DNA from: Basidiobolus meristosporus CBS 931.73
Lineage: Eukaryota > Fungi > Basidiobolomycota
Assembly: GCA_002104905.1 (NCBI GenBank)
Contig: MCFE01000083.1
Span: 1-64,000, forward strand
Length of the DNA stretch: 64,000 bases
Reading direction: 5' to 3'
Positions 1 to 14,100 of this stretch are shown in pieces. Under the pieces are notes generated by a model. That model was not told where the DNA came from. It made no database searches and saw only the letters and a program-made list of their open reading frames with translations. A program made the translations under genes and the position numbers. How positions within the stretch are numbered: the stretch's first letter is position 1; every line of letters starts with the position of its first letter.

Positions 1-1242
1 AGCGAGACCTGGTGTGAATGTCTTCCCCTTAACCTTAAGATGACTTACCTCAAAACTACGCTTCTTAGCAAGACCAAGTATGTTGTGCGCAAGAAGCCAC
101 CGGGCCAAATTCTATCCCGTACTGCTCACGCTGTTGAAAGGGAATACAAAATCCTTGCATGCTTTGAGCAAAAATACCGACCTGCCGGTACCCAACGTGT
201 ATTGCCTCTGTGAAGACAGCGCCATCATAGGCACCCCTTTCTATGTTAGTGCCATGTATATGCTCAGCCTTTACTCTCTCAAGGTCACCTGCTAAAAATG
301 CTGTTTAGGTAATGGAATTCATGAACGGGCGCATTTACACCGAGGTTCTCTTCAAGGACCTACCTCCCACGGAGCGTAAACAATGGCATGTATCATTTCC
401 TGCTATCATGTCAGCCAAGATCAACGGAACTAACTCCTGAGTATTAGTTGGCGCTCAGCGGTGTCCACTCTTGCTAAGCTTCACTCGGTAGACTATCGCA
501 AGATCGGTCTTGCGGATTATGGGAAAGATTCCGGCTTTTATGCCCGACAGATCAAGTCACTGGGTAAAATATCCACGATACAATCTCAAGTGAAGAACGA
601 GCAGGGTGAGCCAGTAGGTGAGCTCCCTGGCTTCAAGAGAATCCTGGCATGGTTCAGCCAAAACCTCAGCGATGATACTACCACCTTAATTCACGGCGAT
701 TATAAGGTAGCGAACCATTGGCACCCTTGTATGCTTTCGACTACCTAACACATACATTGGCAGATCGACAACCTAGTCTTCCATCCAACCGAACCCAGGG
801 TCATCGGGATCCTGGATTGGGAGCTCTCCACCGTAGGCCATCCCCTCTCTGACCTTACCAATCTGCTCCAGCCATACCTCATCCTTCCAAACAGCAATCT
901 TTCTCTGACACGCCTCGACGAGGAGACTATCAGGGATTTGGAGCTTCCAACCAAGGATGAGCTGATGCAGCTGTATTGTGAGATTGCGAACCGGGAATAT
1001 CCGATCAAGAATTGGAATTTCTTCATCGCCTTCTCTTTCTTCCGGGTATGTTCATTACAGGTGGGCAAGTTGATGTTCAATCTAACCAGTTCCTTCAGTT
1101 GGCAGTGATCACCCAAGGGATTGCCGCCAGGGCAGCCAAGAAGCAGGCTAGCTCTGCGCAAGCGGCAAAGTACGCAAAGATGTTTCGTCCACTCTCTAAC
1201 CTGGTGCTTGCTATCATTGACCAATCAAGCAGCAAGCTCTAA
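1..1242 (+). CDS. Aminoglycoside-phosphotransferase-like (APH; ACAD10/ACAD11 N-terminal-type) protein, 5'-partial, multi-exon
   Basis: Spliced exons read [14 protein letters not shown]...[28 protein letters not shown]...[11 protein letters not shown]...[43 protein letters not shown] and DWE are the phosphotransferase motifs. Stop TAA at 1240-1242. Confidence 0.9.
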
Positions 1243-1250
1243 CATATATA

Positions 1251-1342
1251 TAAATAAATGCAGATATCGACTACCCCGATAAATAAATACAGACATCGAC
1301 TACCCTGATAAATATATAAAATAAAGATATCAACTACTCTGA
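1251..1342. repeat. ~29-bp tandem repeat x3 (TAAATAAATRCAGAYATCGACTACCCYGA)
   Basis: Units at 1251-1279, 1280-1308 and a diverged unit at 1309-1342, just downstream of the APH stop codon. Confidence 0.8.
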
Positions 1343-1474
1343 TCAACAGCTACTCGCCATAATGTTCCATTTCAAGACCAAATTTGGGCAATGCCTAATC
1401 ATCCAGCGTATTCGGTCAACCAAAACAATTCCGTATAAAAGAGATCAGAGAGCAGAGGCTGCACCACAAACAAC

Positions 1475-2150
1475 ATGCTTCAATACGGCTATTTACTAGG
1501 TAAGTCCTGTTTCCCATAGCTAGTGCAACCCGCATTTTTTGACACTCTTCGTAGGTGAAGGAGGCGAGACCAAGATCATCACTCCACCCCAGCTTAAAGG
1601 GAAGATAGGCTTGACTCCAGGCAACCGTTTCTGCCTTGTTGGTACCAGAAACGCCATCCTCGAATGGCTTCGCAACCACTACGATACCATCGTCGAGGCC
1701 AACTTAGGATATAAGCATGAGATAGAGCAAGATTTGGTGTTCGACACTTACCATCAATACAATGCAAGTGCCAGCTGGACAGAAACCTTCTGGAATTATG
1801 TTGGTTGGCCTGACAAGAACACTGAGCATGTCCGTGTCGAGATCCGGATTCGTAACGCAAAGACTGATGATGGCGTCGAGCCCTATCATAGAGTCTTGAC
1901 CCCAAACAAAGTCACCCTGGGTGCTATGGCCGACACCCTCGAAAAACAATGGGCAAGCTCAGGCCCCTCCTATGTGGATATTGCCAAGCATCTGTTGAAT
2001 GACGAGCCTTTGCCTGCACCGTATGTTGACAATCTCCCATTGTCGGGTATCCTGGTTGAGGAAACCACACCCACCACTGAAACAGCAGCTGAACCGGAAC
2101 CTCTTAACACTCCTGATCACAAAGACAATGAAGTTCCTTATTTGGCGTAG
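1475..2150 (+). CDS. Hypothetical protein (2 exons: 1475-1499, 1555-2150)
   Basis: ATG 1475, GTAAGT donor at 1500, TAG acceptor at 1554, phase-1 junction in frame with the 203-aa ORF. Acidic/Pro-rich tail; no family recognised. Confidence 0.6.
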
Positions 2151-2634
2151 GGAACGTTTTTCTCGAACTGTCTACATCATCGTTGAATGTAACATAAATC
2201 ACATTTGTCAATATCTCTCTTATTATATAAATGCCACCCAGTATTTTTGTCTAGAGAATTCATTTAATGCGTAGCACATAGGCCATAGACACTTCACCAC
2301 CTGCATTGAGTGGATCTTCACCAACTATTTAGAGGAGGCGGACTAAATGAGATGCACCTCAGACACTAACAAACATCATCCCAGACAACGGAATTGACCT
2401 TACGAAACGGTGGCCATTCTTTGGCATACATTTCGCTGTCGTACCCATCTAAAATCAGGTTTCCATGCCACTAACAAGTACTGCTTGATGACACAAGTCT
2501 GCTTGCCACTCAGAAGCAATGTCTGATGACACAATACTCCAGACGCCCGTGATATTCTCAGTAACTGATTGTTGAGTGATTGCCTCAGCAACTGATTGCG
2601 AGATTAAGGAAATTCATTTAGGAATGAAATGGCA

Positions 2635-2661
2635 GCAGGGAGCAGGGAGCAGGGAGCAGGG
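2635..2661. repeat. 7-bp microsatellite (GCAGGGA)x~4
   Basis: gcagggagcagggagcagggagcaggg read directly. Confidence 0.8.
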
Positions 2662-3583
2662 AATTGGCTCTAGACAATTTTAGCGGGCGGTGGACCACTT
2701 TGGTTAGCACTTCCTCCCTTGCGATGATCACTTTGGTTAGTATTCACACACCTACGATGATCACTTTGGTGGAGTGGAATTGCTCACGACAACAATGACG
2801 CTGAACAATGGATTGGTCCAAGGAAAACGGAATGGAGAAGCGCAAAAAGGAAGGATTAGGCTTTGGTGCCCAGACTTCCAATTTCCATATACGCATGGGT
2901 AATTGTGTTGGTGTAATTTTCAAGCCAAATTCGGCCCAGAGCTTAGATTGCCCAATATTCCTGTGCAAAGCTTGTTCCTCGTTGTTTCTGGCCAACACAG
3001 GCCGAAACACATGTCCGGGGTATATATTTCTTACTCCTTGCTGAGAGTTGTTACTCCATCGTGCCGTTCACCGGTGGTATTCAAATCAATAATATCATAC
3101 CATTAGTGGCAGTGGTAATACATTGTAGTACTCATTAAATCTACTTTTTCCAATGGATCTGATGAGGGTCCTCGGTTTGAAAGTCACCATTTCCCATTTT
3201 GTACTCTTGCTAATTAGCTAGCAAATATTCTTTAAAACTCTATTATCAAATCCCCACCTCACCCCTTATTGTCGCTTGATATCTTTGTTCCCTTTGCCCG
3301 CCTTGCCAGTCGATCTATTTTCTTCAAAAGTGCTGTCCCCATTAGTCACTTGCTTCGTCTCGACATATCGACTGTAGCTGATAATTTATTCCATTTGTGC
3401 TCCTTCGCCCTCCAAACAGTATGTAACGTTTCTTGCTTTCCATCCCATTGTCTAGACTACCATATTGGGCGTGCTCTGAATTTCCACCCTGTGTGTCTTT
3501 TGCTTTTGATTGAACCTCCCTGCTCATGAACGTTTGTTTAGTTGGTATAAAGTTTAGGTTTGAAAGCTTTCAAGAACCTTTAA

Positions 3584-6137
<2,554 letters not shown>

Positions 6138-6514
6138 GCGAATTTCTTATAAGTACTTCCTTCCTCATTTTCCTGTAAATCTGTTCCATTTCAAAGCATC
6201 GTAATTAATCCATTTCCCACGATGATTCCCCCCCCCCCGATTTCCCTTCACCTTTATACTCTTCCCATCGCCGGTAACAAGGAAATCAGGATTTGTTACA
6301 GCGCGATTTTGCTACTCGACTCACCAACCGTCACTTAATCCAAACCAAACTTTATTCCCCAAGATATCCTAATGTATTCCCTTCGTTCATTTATTCCACG
6401 GCTTCGTCGTATCAATTAGAAAACATACCGATAAACACATATAGCTAACCTGGGGTTGGATCACCACGCAGACTGTTGTTGTTTATTCTCTAGCGGGGCA
6501 ATCCCCCTGCCTCC

Positions 6515-7883
6515 CTAGTCCAGCACGGACGCAATCTCTTTCTCCTTCTCCTCCACTAACTTCTGCTTCTTCAGCTTTCGCTGATTCTCCTCCTCCTCCT
6601 CTTGCGCCTTTTTCCTCTTGAACCTGATGGGCAATGAGTAAGTGACATGGATGTGACGGAGGGAGGGCGTGTTACTTACAAAAGACTCTCGGGATTCTTT
6701 TCTGGGTTCCGACAGAAGATCAGTCGACGATCGATCTCCCTTACGACCGCGATCTGTACCGGCTTGTAATCCTGCAGCGTCTGTTCAATCTCGCCCAGGA
6801 TTTTTTGGAGCTTTGCGAAGGAATCTGGGTCATGCTCGAACTTTTGCTTCAAATACCTGGCGCAGAGAATATTAGCCTTGGCAAAGCTTGGGTTGAGGTC
6901 AGACAGTGCTCACCCTTCAACATCACATCGAAACTGCTTTCCGGCCAGATTCATGGCGCCCATGGCGATCTGTGATGGTTGGTACAGGAAGATGAGATCG
7001 GTGTAAAGGGATTTGTCCACCCAATCCACCGCCTTCTCGTATGTGGATGTTAGGATGGCCAGGTCCTGGATGTGAGACTGACGTGCCACGGTTAATGCTC
7101 GGATGTGGAATGGTTTCGACTTTGTCAAGTTACCTGCATATCCAAATACAACCCGTGCAACGGCCTGTACGGATGATGGATGGTAAATTCGAATTTTAGG
7201 CTCTGTGAGATGATAAACTCCAAGTCTAGTATTGACTGGGCAGTGGTCTTGGGGATACGTTGGGCGAAATCGTCGATAGATATGAAAGAGTTCTCCACTT
7301 TGGTGGCGAGAAAGAGCGAAGTTAACCTTAGGACGAATGGGTCTGGTTAAAGGGGTGGCGACTGGGCGGGTAGTGAGGGCATATTTACATGATGGTTTTG
7401 GGATGATAGTCCATTACGGTATTGTACAGAAAGAATCGCTTCATGTATGTGATGGCGGTGGCCTTGCCAAGCAAGTCAAGGAAAATCCCCGTTAAACATG
7501 GCTCAGTATATGGGAAAGGGGTCAGCCCGGACTTACTTTCACTTTGTTTGGGAACTGGAACGCTTTACAAAAGTCCCTCACTTTGGTTTCGTAAAAGCCC
7601 ACCAACGCCATCTCGTCTTGGACGTTTAAATAATTCGTTTGCCCATTGCTTTGTTGGCTATCGCCGAGTTGTTTCTAGTAAGCCCGTGTAAGTTCTCTGG
7701 TGCGGGGAAACGCTGGTTAACAAAGGAAAGTTCTGGATCTACCGCTTCCTCCAAATTGGTTTTCACTCTCTCTATAGATGCTTGGTTGCTGATTTGTCTG
7801 ATTTCCTGTAACTGTTTCTCGCTAAATCTCCAGCTTCTGTACTGGGAGGATTGCTCGTAAAGTGGGCGCAGGTCTTTGGCCAT
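6515..7883 (-). CDS. CCNH: Cyclin H (TFIIK/CAK cyclin, Ccl1/Mcs2 family), multi-exon
   Basis: N-terminus LYEQSSQYRSWRFSEKQL; later exon DKSLYTDLIFLYQPSQIAMGA; basic coiled C-terminus ending EIASVLD* (TAG 6515-6517). Confidence 0.88.
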
Positions 7884-8329
7884 GTTTCCGACGTACAAAG
7901 GAGAACGAGTGGGTTTGCGAGGTCCAATATACTTGAATACTCTCCTTAAGCCTTGGATTCAATAAACAATATCTGTAAGGACACGTCGAAAAAAATTCGG
8001 ACCAAACTGCGTAGTTTGGTTTATTTATTGATGAAACACTTGATTCTTGAATAACCTGCATTGAAAGTAACGGTATATCTTATGGTAGCAGACGCCCGAT
8101 AATGAACGTTATCACTGACCAACCCACACATGCAACTACCCAAACAGAGCCCTTGCCCCGTCCATCCCAACTAGACACTAACTGGTTAAGCGGGTGAATG
8201 AAACTCGACTTATTCGTCAAATTTATTATAGGTTTGGAAAAATGATGGATGCAAGCCTTCTTATTGACTTCAAAGAGAACGCCAATGGACTGAACTAATG
8301 CTAATAAATGTATTCTCGTAACAGAGGTC

Positions 8330-8640
8330 TTAATGAGCAGATTGTTGCTTGTTCTTGGCTGTAAAATCAAAGAGGTTGCATTAGTATGGGTGCATCGAGT
8401 TGAGACACTGGCGCGGACTTACCCAAAGGATTACGAGGATCGTTAGCGTACTCAGGAGCTATTACGAGAGAAACCGTTAGCAACCTGTGGAATTAACCTA
8501 CCAAGGAGGGCGGGCTTACCTTGAATCATGGCATTTTGAAGCTTGGCGATCAAGCAGAAGGTGATAACACCACCGGCAAAGAAGGGGAACATGGGGCGGA
8601 AAACGGGAGTAGACCAAGCGCGAAGACCGAAGAAGCTCAT
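8330..8640 (-). CDS. ATP18: Mitochondrial ATP synthase subunit i/j (Atp18), 3 exons
   Basis: Spliced product MSFFGLRAWSTPVFRPMFPFFAGGVITFCLIAKLQNAMIQAPEYANDPRNPLAKNKQQSAH*. The TP-xxx-PFF and EY/FxNDPRNP motifs match Atp18. Confidence 0.9.
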
Positions 8641-9182
8641 CTTAGGGGTTTTCTTGATTTCGTAAGAATAGTTGTTGAAAGAAGTGTTCGAGTTCTCTAC
8701 ACAAGACCAAGTCGAGTTCAAAGTTGGCTACTGCACTAAATGGATTGATACAAATTCCTCCTCCATGCCCTACCTTTCCCTGATGCCCCAGCGAATCACT
8801 CTCCCAAAAAATCTTTTCCCCCCAACTAAAGTATACTACAATTGGGGTACCTGAAGTCCATGTCCCTAATATTCGATCACGTGATTAGGGCTTAGATATG
8901 GGGTAGAATTGCCGCGCCGTATATAGAGCTGGACCGCAGGTAGAATAGCCAAGATGGATCTAAGCCACTAGTGTTATAGAGATGATGAGTGCTCTGCTTT
9001 ATTAACGCAATAGTGTGGGCAGGTGGGGGGAGTAGCATCAACATTGGAGCCATTGCCAATTGATATATATAGAAAAGCGATCTGTATCGTTCAACAAGAA
9101 CAACACCAAGTGAAAGTACATGAAAGATCTATCTTTATAGAAAAATACAACTGATGAGGGATGCTATTACGGGTCAGAAGAC

Positions 9183-10816
9183 CTAGTTCTGATGCTTCTT
9201 GTGGGGAATGGTCAGGCAACTGATCTTAAGATAGCTACAGAAGCGATCGATCACCAGTAATGCCCAATGGGAATAAGCAATCAAGGCGAAGACAAAGAAG
9301 CCGACCAAGAAGTAGTACTCGGTAGCTGGAGTGAATACAGGCTTCCTGTTTGATGGGTAACATTGTGAGAAAGCTGTTTGGATGGAGACGGTCAAGCATT
9401 CACTTACGTATTGAACCAGATAGGTGCATTGGTGGCCACTGCGCCTACTACAAGAGGGGCAATCAACACGGTGAACATGGGGAACTCGCTCTTGGTAACG
9501 TGGGAAAGGATGATCTTGGTGGCCATGCGTCCAAACACAATTCCCGCAGTGATAATGAAGAGAATCAAATGCTCCTTCAGCACAACGGAATAGGGAGACG
9601 CAAGCCAGAAGTAGATTGCTAGTAGGTAGACTGTCATTGGAAAGAGCTGAAGCAAGGCTGACAAATAGCTTTGCTTCTTCTTTTCGCAAGCCCTCTTCAC
9701 CGCGATGAAACTACATGGTACCAGCAGGGTTAGAAACTGCCTTCAGTCATGCTCCACAATTCTAGCCCTTACCATGCTGGTGAGTGAACGAAGACGATGA
9801 GGGAGTACATAAACACAAACATCAGATCAATCAAATTCGTTCCTTCGGGGATAAATGATGGAGTGAGATCTCCCAAGATATCTACCACCAGGCTTCTCCA
9901 CAGTTGAGGACCTGAGGAAGCAATCACCATTAGCACCGCTACCTTTACATATGACCCTGAGAGAAGAGTACTCACCATAGATACCGGTAAGGATATTGCA
10001 TACACATGACATTACTAGCCCTTCGGTAGGGCCGTTAATGACACCGAGGTACAACACACCGGTATGATATTCCTCCCAGGTGGACAGGTAAAATGGAATG
10101 GTGGCTATAGGCAAGGGTGTATTAGCATCTCGGGCTCCAGGGCGAATGGTATTTTTAATCACATACTTAGACCAGTAATAAGCACCGTGTACCAACTAAA
10201 TCCAAGCCCCATTCCGGCGGCCTGGACGATCCCTCCGATGGAGCAATTCAGCGCATCGCAACCATGGTCGAACAGTTCGCCTGAGGTTCCGATTAGCACC
10301 CAGAAATACCGGGATCGAAGACAGAAAGAAAGTACCTAATGGCGAGGAGGTTCCGGTACGACGAGCTTGTTTGCCATCGACGTTATCAAACGTGGAATAA
10401 AGCCAGATCCCTGCCGCGAAACTATCCATCGACTTGGAGCTTAGAGACAAACCTCAAGAATGACTTTGGCGCAATTGCCTACCTATAATACAACCACGGC
10501 GAGGCGTACGATTCCAGGTCCGGTATGAAATACAGAGCACAGAAGAAGTTGACTATCACGAAGCCAAGACCGCACAGTGTGATTAGGTTAGGCCTAGGTC
10601 GTAATTCAGTATGGCACCTTCCAGGAAAGACATTTAGAAAGCATATACTAACGCCATCCAGAGCGGGAACAGATCAACACATGCATTCCAGTAGTGGCGA
10701 AGGATGTACTGACTGAGGTAGGACTTGTCTTCGGCGGCGTACTTGTACAGCCTTAGGTTTTTAAGCGCTTCGTCGGATACGTACTCCGACTTCGTTGAGA
10801 GACCGAAAACGCCCAT
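9183..10816 (-). CDS. Choline/ethanolamine phosphotransferase (CPT1/EPT1 family, CDP-alcohol phosphatidyltransferase), multi-exon
   Basis: LRLYKYAAEDKSYLSQYILRHYWN; CDP-alcohol motif [52 protein letters not shown]. Confidence 0.93.
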
Positions 10817-11820
10817 AGTTAGGGAAGAAGTGTGGCCGAGAGGGGTTGGGTTATTTCACGAAGGGCCTTCCAAGCGGTAAGTTAAGAAGAACGCCAGCCC
10901 TCCACAACTAGCGAATGTCTGGATAAAAAGGGTAAAAGAAGTACAAGAAATCGATTTTTTTCAAGCAGGTGATACTAGCACAGTGAACCCAAGTGTAACG
11001 ACCAATATAGATATCTTAATTGCTGCCTATGATACATGGTGATTGGCTTAGATAACATTCATGCTGTTGCCATTCCATCCTGACCAAGGTGGTTGATTTA
11101 AGGTTGGTTTTTGATTAATTCTCGGTGGGGAAAGTAGCTACCTTGCACCTAAACTTGTAGAGATATGATTGGGCTCTACCCGAGCGATCCTGCTGATTTC
11201 CGATGATTTCCTCCAGGCTGTTTCACCAACGGTTGAATTAAATCACACCACGTTGACAATTTCCAATAATCTGAGATGGTATATACCCCATATGGTATAA
11301 TGGGTAATGTGGGTTAACGACGATGCTAGGGTGGGCAAAAATGTCGAGATTCCGACAATCATGCTTAAATTCATCTGCTTCGTGTTCTCCGCCAAGATTG
11401 ACAAGTTTATGCATTCTCCCACAGTTGGTTTAGATGTTCCGATATTTGCGCAAAGCTATGTATGATGGATGTGATACTCGACTCTCCAAACACCTCCCCT
11501 CGCTCACAATTTACCGGTTGTAGGGAGCATGAGATCATGGCAGCCCCAACCCCTTCCATTAAAGTAATACCCAGCGAACAAGCCCACCTCGGTACAATTT
11601 ATTTTCCTTTGGGGTTAAATCGTGCTGACAATATGAAGTAATCAGCCATCCTGAGCATATTTCATACTAACTATTGATCGTCATGTCTGCTCCGTATGAT
11701 ATCACCACCATGGTAATGACTTGGTCAATCGAGGTTGATCTTCTTGCTATTTACCAGGATTCGCTGAAAGCACCAAACGTCTCTAGCATCAATCCAAAGG
11801 CCTAAAAATACCCTCCCATC

Positions 11821-12521
11821 TGTTGTAAATTCTGTAATTACACCTAAATACTCACTTAACCCAGTCGCTTAGATCATTGTCTACAAATCTCAGAGAATTC
11901 AGGCCAAATGCCTTGTCCGGATTTACTTCGAATATTTTCACCAAACTGTCAGGTACCCAGAACATGAGGTTTCTCAAAGCTGTCCAAACTGTTGTAATTA
12001 TTAAGCTTTCACCTAAATATTCATGCTAAATTAGTCACATAGATCTTATTCTGTGATTAGCATTCTGTCCTGACTAAATTTCATGTTGGGATTTACTTAG
12101 AATATTCTCACCAAATTACCAGGTACCCAGATTATGACCTTTCTCAAAGTTGTCCGAAAGATCTCAAACTTTACACACATATTCTTGGGACCTTTTTTAG
12201 CAGACTCTACATGTTTGTTTGCTCTACTTTGTCAAAAGTGTAAATACCATACTTTGATCAATAAACATACATGTGAATAACTTGTAAATCCTCTAGTTCT
12301 CCACAACACTTCCAATACACCCCAGAATATTACAACATAAACAGCCCCAAACCTTGCACATATGCTCTTGAGACCTTTCTAAACATACTCTATGTGTTTG
12401 TTTTGCCAAGATCATATACAAGTATATATAGTACTTTTACATTCAATAAATCATCAAGTGAAATGCACATATTCTACTTGTTCCCCAAATCCCTTCCAAT
12501 ACCTCAATAATTCTTTCAACA
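11821..12521 (+). mobile_element. Copia-family solo LTR (family A), outer copy interrupted by another copy at 11990-12337
   Basis: Starts TGTTGTAA, ends TTTCAACA. The halves rejoin as GTCCAAAC|AGCCCCAAAC, matching the uninterrupted copies at 40538 and 42023. Confidence 0.8.
11990..12337 (+). mobile_element. Copia-family solo LTR (family A) nested in an older copy
   Basis: TGTTGTAA...TTACAACA termini, 348 bp, 5-bp TSD CAAAC/TAAAC (one transition). Confidence 0.82.
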
Positions 12522-12669
12522 ATAGGATATATCTTTCCGTGGTGAACTCTTGTCTTTCACTTTTAATGCTCTGTCTCTTGGATGTTGGTTTGAGACTCAC
12601 TGGTGATATAACAACTATTGTGAGAGTTTTTTAAGGATATTGAAAGGGATTGGGAGAGCAAGTGGATGA

Positions 12670-13001
12670 TGTTGTAAGAGCCTTGGAGATATTGGAAGTG
12701 ATTGGGAGAACAAGTAGATTATGTGGTTTTCACTTAATGATTTATTGAATGTAAAAGTAGTATTTATACTTTTACCTGGTCTTGGCATTACAAACACATA
12801 GAATAGGTTAAGGAAGGTCCCAAGAACATGTGTGCAAAGTTTGGGGCTGTTTGGACAACTTATCTAATTTTCATGTTCTGGGTAAATATTCTAAGTAAAT
12901 CCCGACAAGGAATTTGGTCAGTATTCTCTAGGATTTGAAGGTAATGATCTAAGTGACTAAGTTAGGTGAATATTTAGGTGGAATCACAAATTTTTACAAC
13001 A
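12670..13001 (-). mobile_element. Copia-family solo LTR (family A) flanked by a 123-bp direct duplication
   Basis: TGTTGTAA...TTACAACA termini; highly similar to 42023-42370. Flanks 12547-12669 and 13002-13124 are near-identical. Confidence 0.85.
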
Positions 13002-13070
13002 CTCTTGTCCTTCACTTTTAATGCTCTGTCTCTTGGATGTTGGTTTGAGACTTACTGGTGATATAACAAC

Positions 13071-13771
13071 TATTGTGAGGGTTTTTTAAGGATATTGAAA
13101 GTGATTGGGAGAACAAGTGGATGATGCAATCCTTGCTTGATCATTAATTTGATGTGAAAGTGATACATAACTTTCACACAATCTTGGAAAAATGACACAT
13201 ATTTTATGCTTAGAAAGGTTCCCAGAGCATGAGTGCAAAGTTTGGGTGTCTTTGAAAACTTTCAGAGTTCTACATGCTCAGAGCACCTGGTCTTTGTTGT
13301 AAGAGTTTTGGTGATAATGCAAGTGATTGGGAGAACAAGTAGATTACGTGGCTTTCACTTAACAATTTAGTGAATGTACAAGTAGTGTTTATACTTTTAC
13401 ATGGTCTTGACAAATCAAACACGTAGAATATACTTAGGAAGGTCCCAAGAGCATGTGCACAAAGTTTGGAGCCGTTTGAATCACTTAACAAAATTTCATG
13501 TTCTGGGTACCTGATGTTTTGGTGAAAATATTTGAAGTAAATCCTGACAAGGAATTTGCTCAGAATTCTCTAAGATTTGTAGGTAATGATCTAAGTGACT
13601 AAGCTAGGTGAATATTTAGGTGCAATTTCGAATTTTTACAACAATCTTTTGGTAAAATCTTACAAGTAAATTCCGACAAAGAATCTGGGCAAGATTTTCT
13701 AAGATTCATGGGCCATAATCCAAGCCTCTAAGTTAATGGAATATTTAGGTGTAAATACAGAATTTACAGCA
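13071..13771 (-). mobile_element. Diverged family-A solo LTR, outer copy interrupted at 13295-13643
   Basis: The halves rejoin as CCTGGTCTT|TTGGTAAAATC, matching CCTGGTATTTTGGTGAAAAT in the intact copy at 42023-42370; ends TTTACAGCA. Confidence 0.72.
13295..13643 (-). mobile_element. Copia-family solo LTR (family A) nested in an older copy
   Basis: TGTTGTAA...TTACAACA termini, 349 bp, TSD GTCTT/ATCTT. Confidence 0.85.
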
Positions 13772-13774
13772 TTT

Positions 13775-14100
13775 AGGGGGTTCTCAAGAACATGTGTATA
13801 TAGCTCAAACCCTGACAAAGAACTTGGGCAAGAAATACCAAGGTTCACAAGCTATCATCTAAGTGGCCAAATCAATGGAATACTTGTGTGTATTTGCGGA
13901 GCTTACAACAGTATTCACCTATTGATTTATTAAGCTCCAATAACGTATCTTCATATTGGCAAGAGCTTTAGGTCTCAAGAATATGCATCAAACCTATTGG
14001 TAAACAGTATTTGAGGTTCCGACAGAGAATTTGATCAGGAAATAAGAAGGTCAATAGACCATCACCAAAGCGACCAAGTTATATGTAGATATTTAATTGT
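13775..14100 (-). mobile_element. Further highly degenerate family-A LTR fragments
   Basis: Patchy similarity (caagaacatgtg, cctgacaaagaacttggg, atcatctaagtg, cttacaaca at ~13910). Confidence 0.45.

Noticed and set aside
11800-14100. Repeats could be read as a CRISPR-like array or as MITEs
   Set aside because: Units are ~345 bp with TG...CA ends and 5-bp TSDs, and one copy is followed by a PBS and gag, so they are LTRs.
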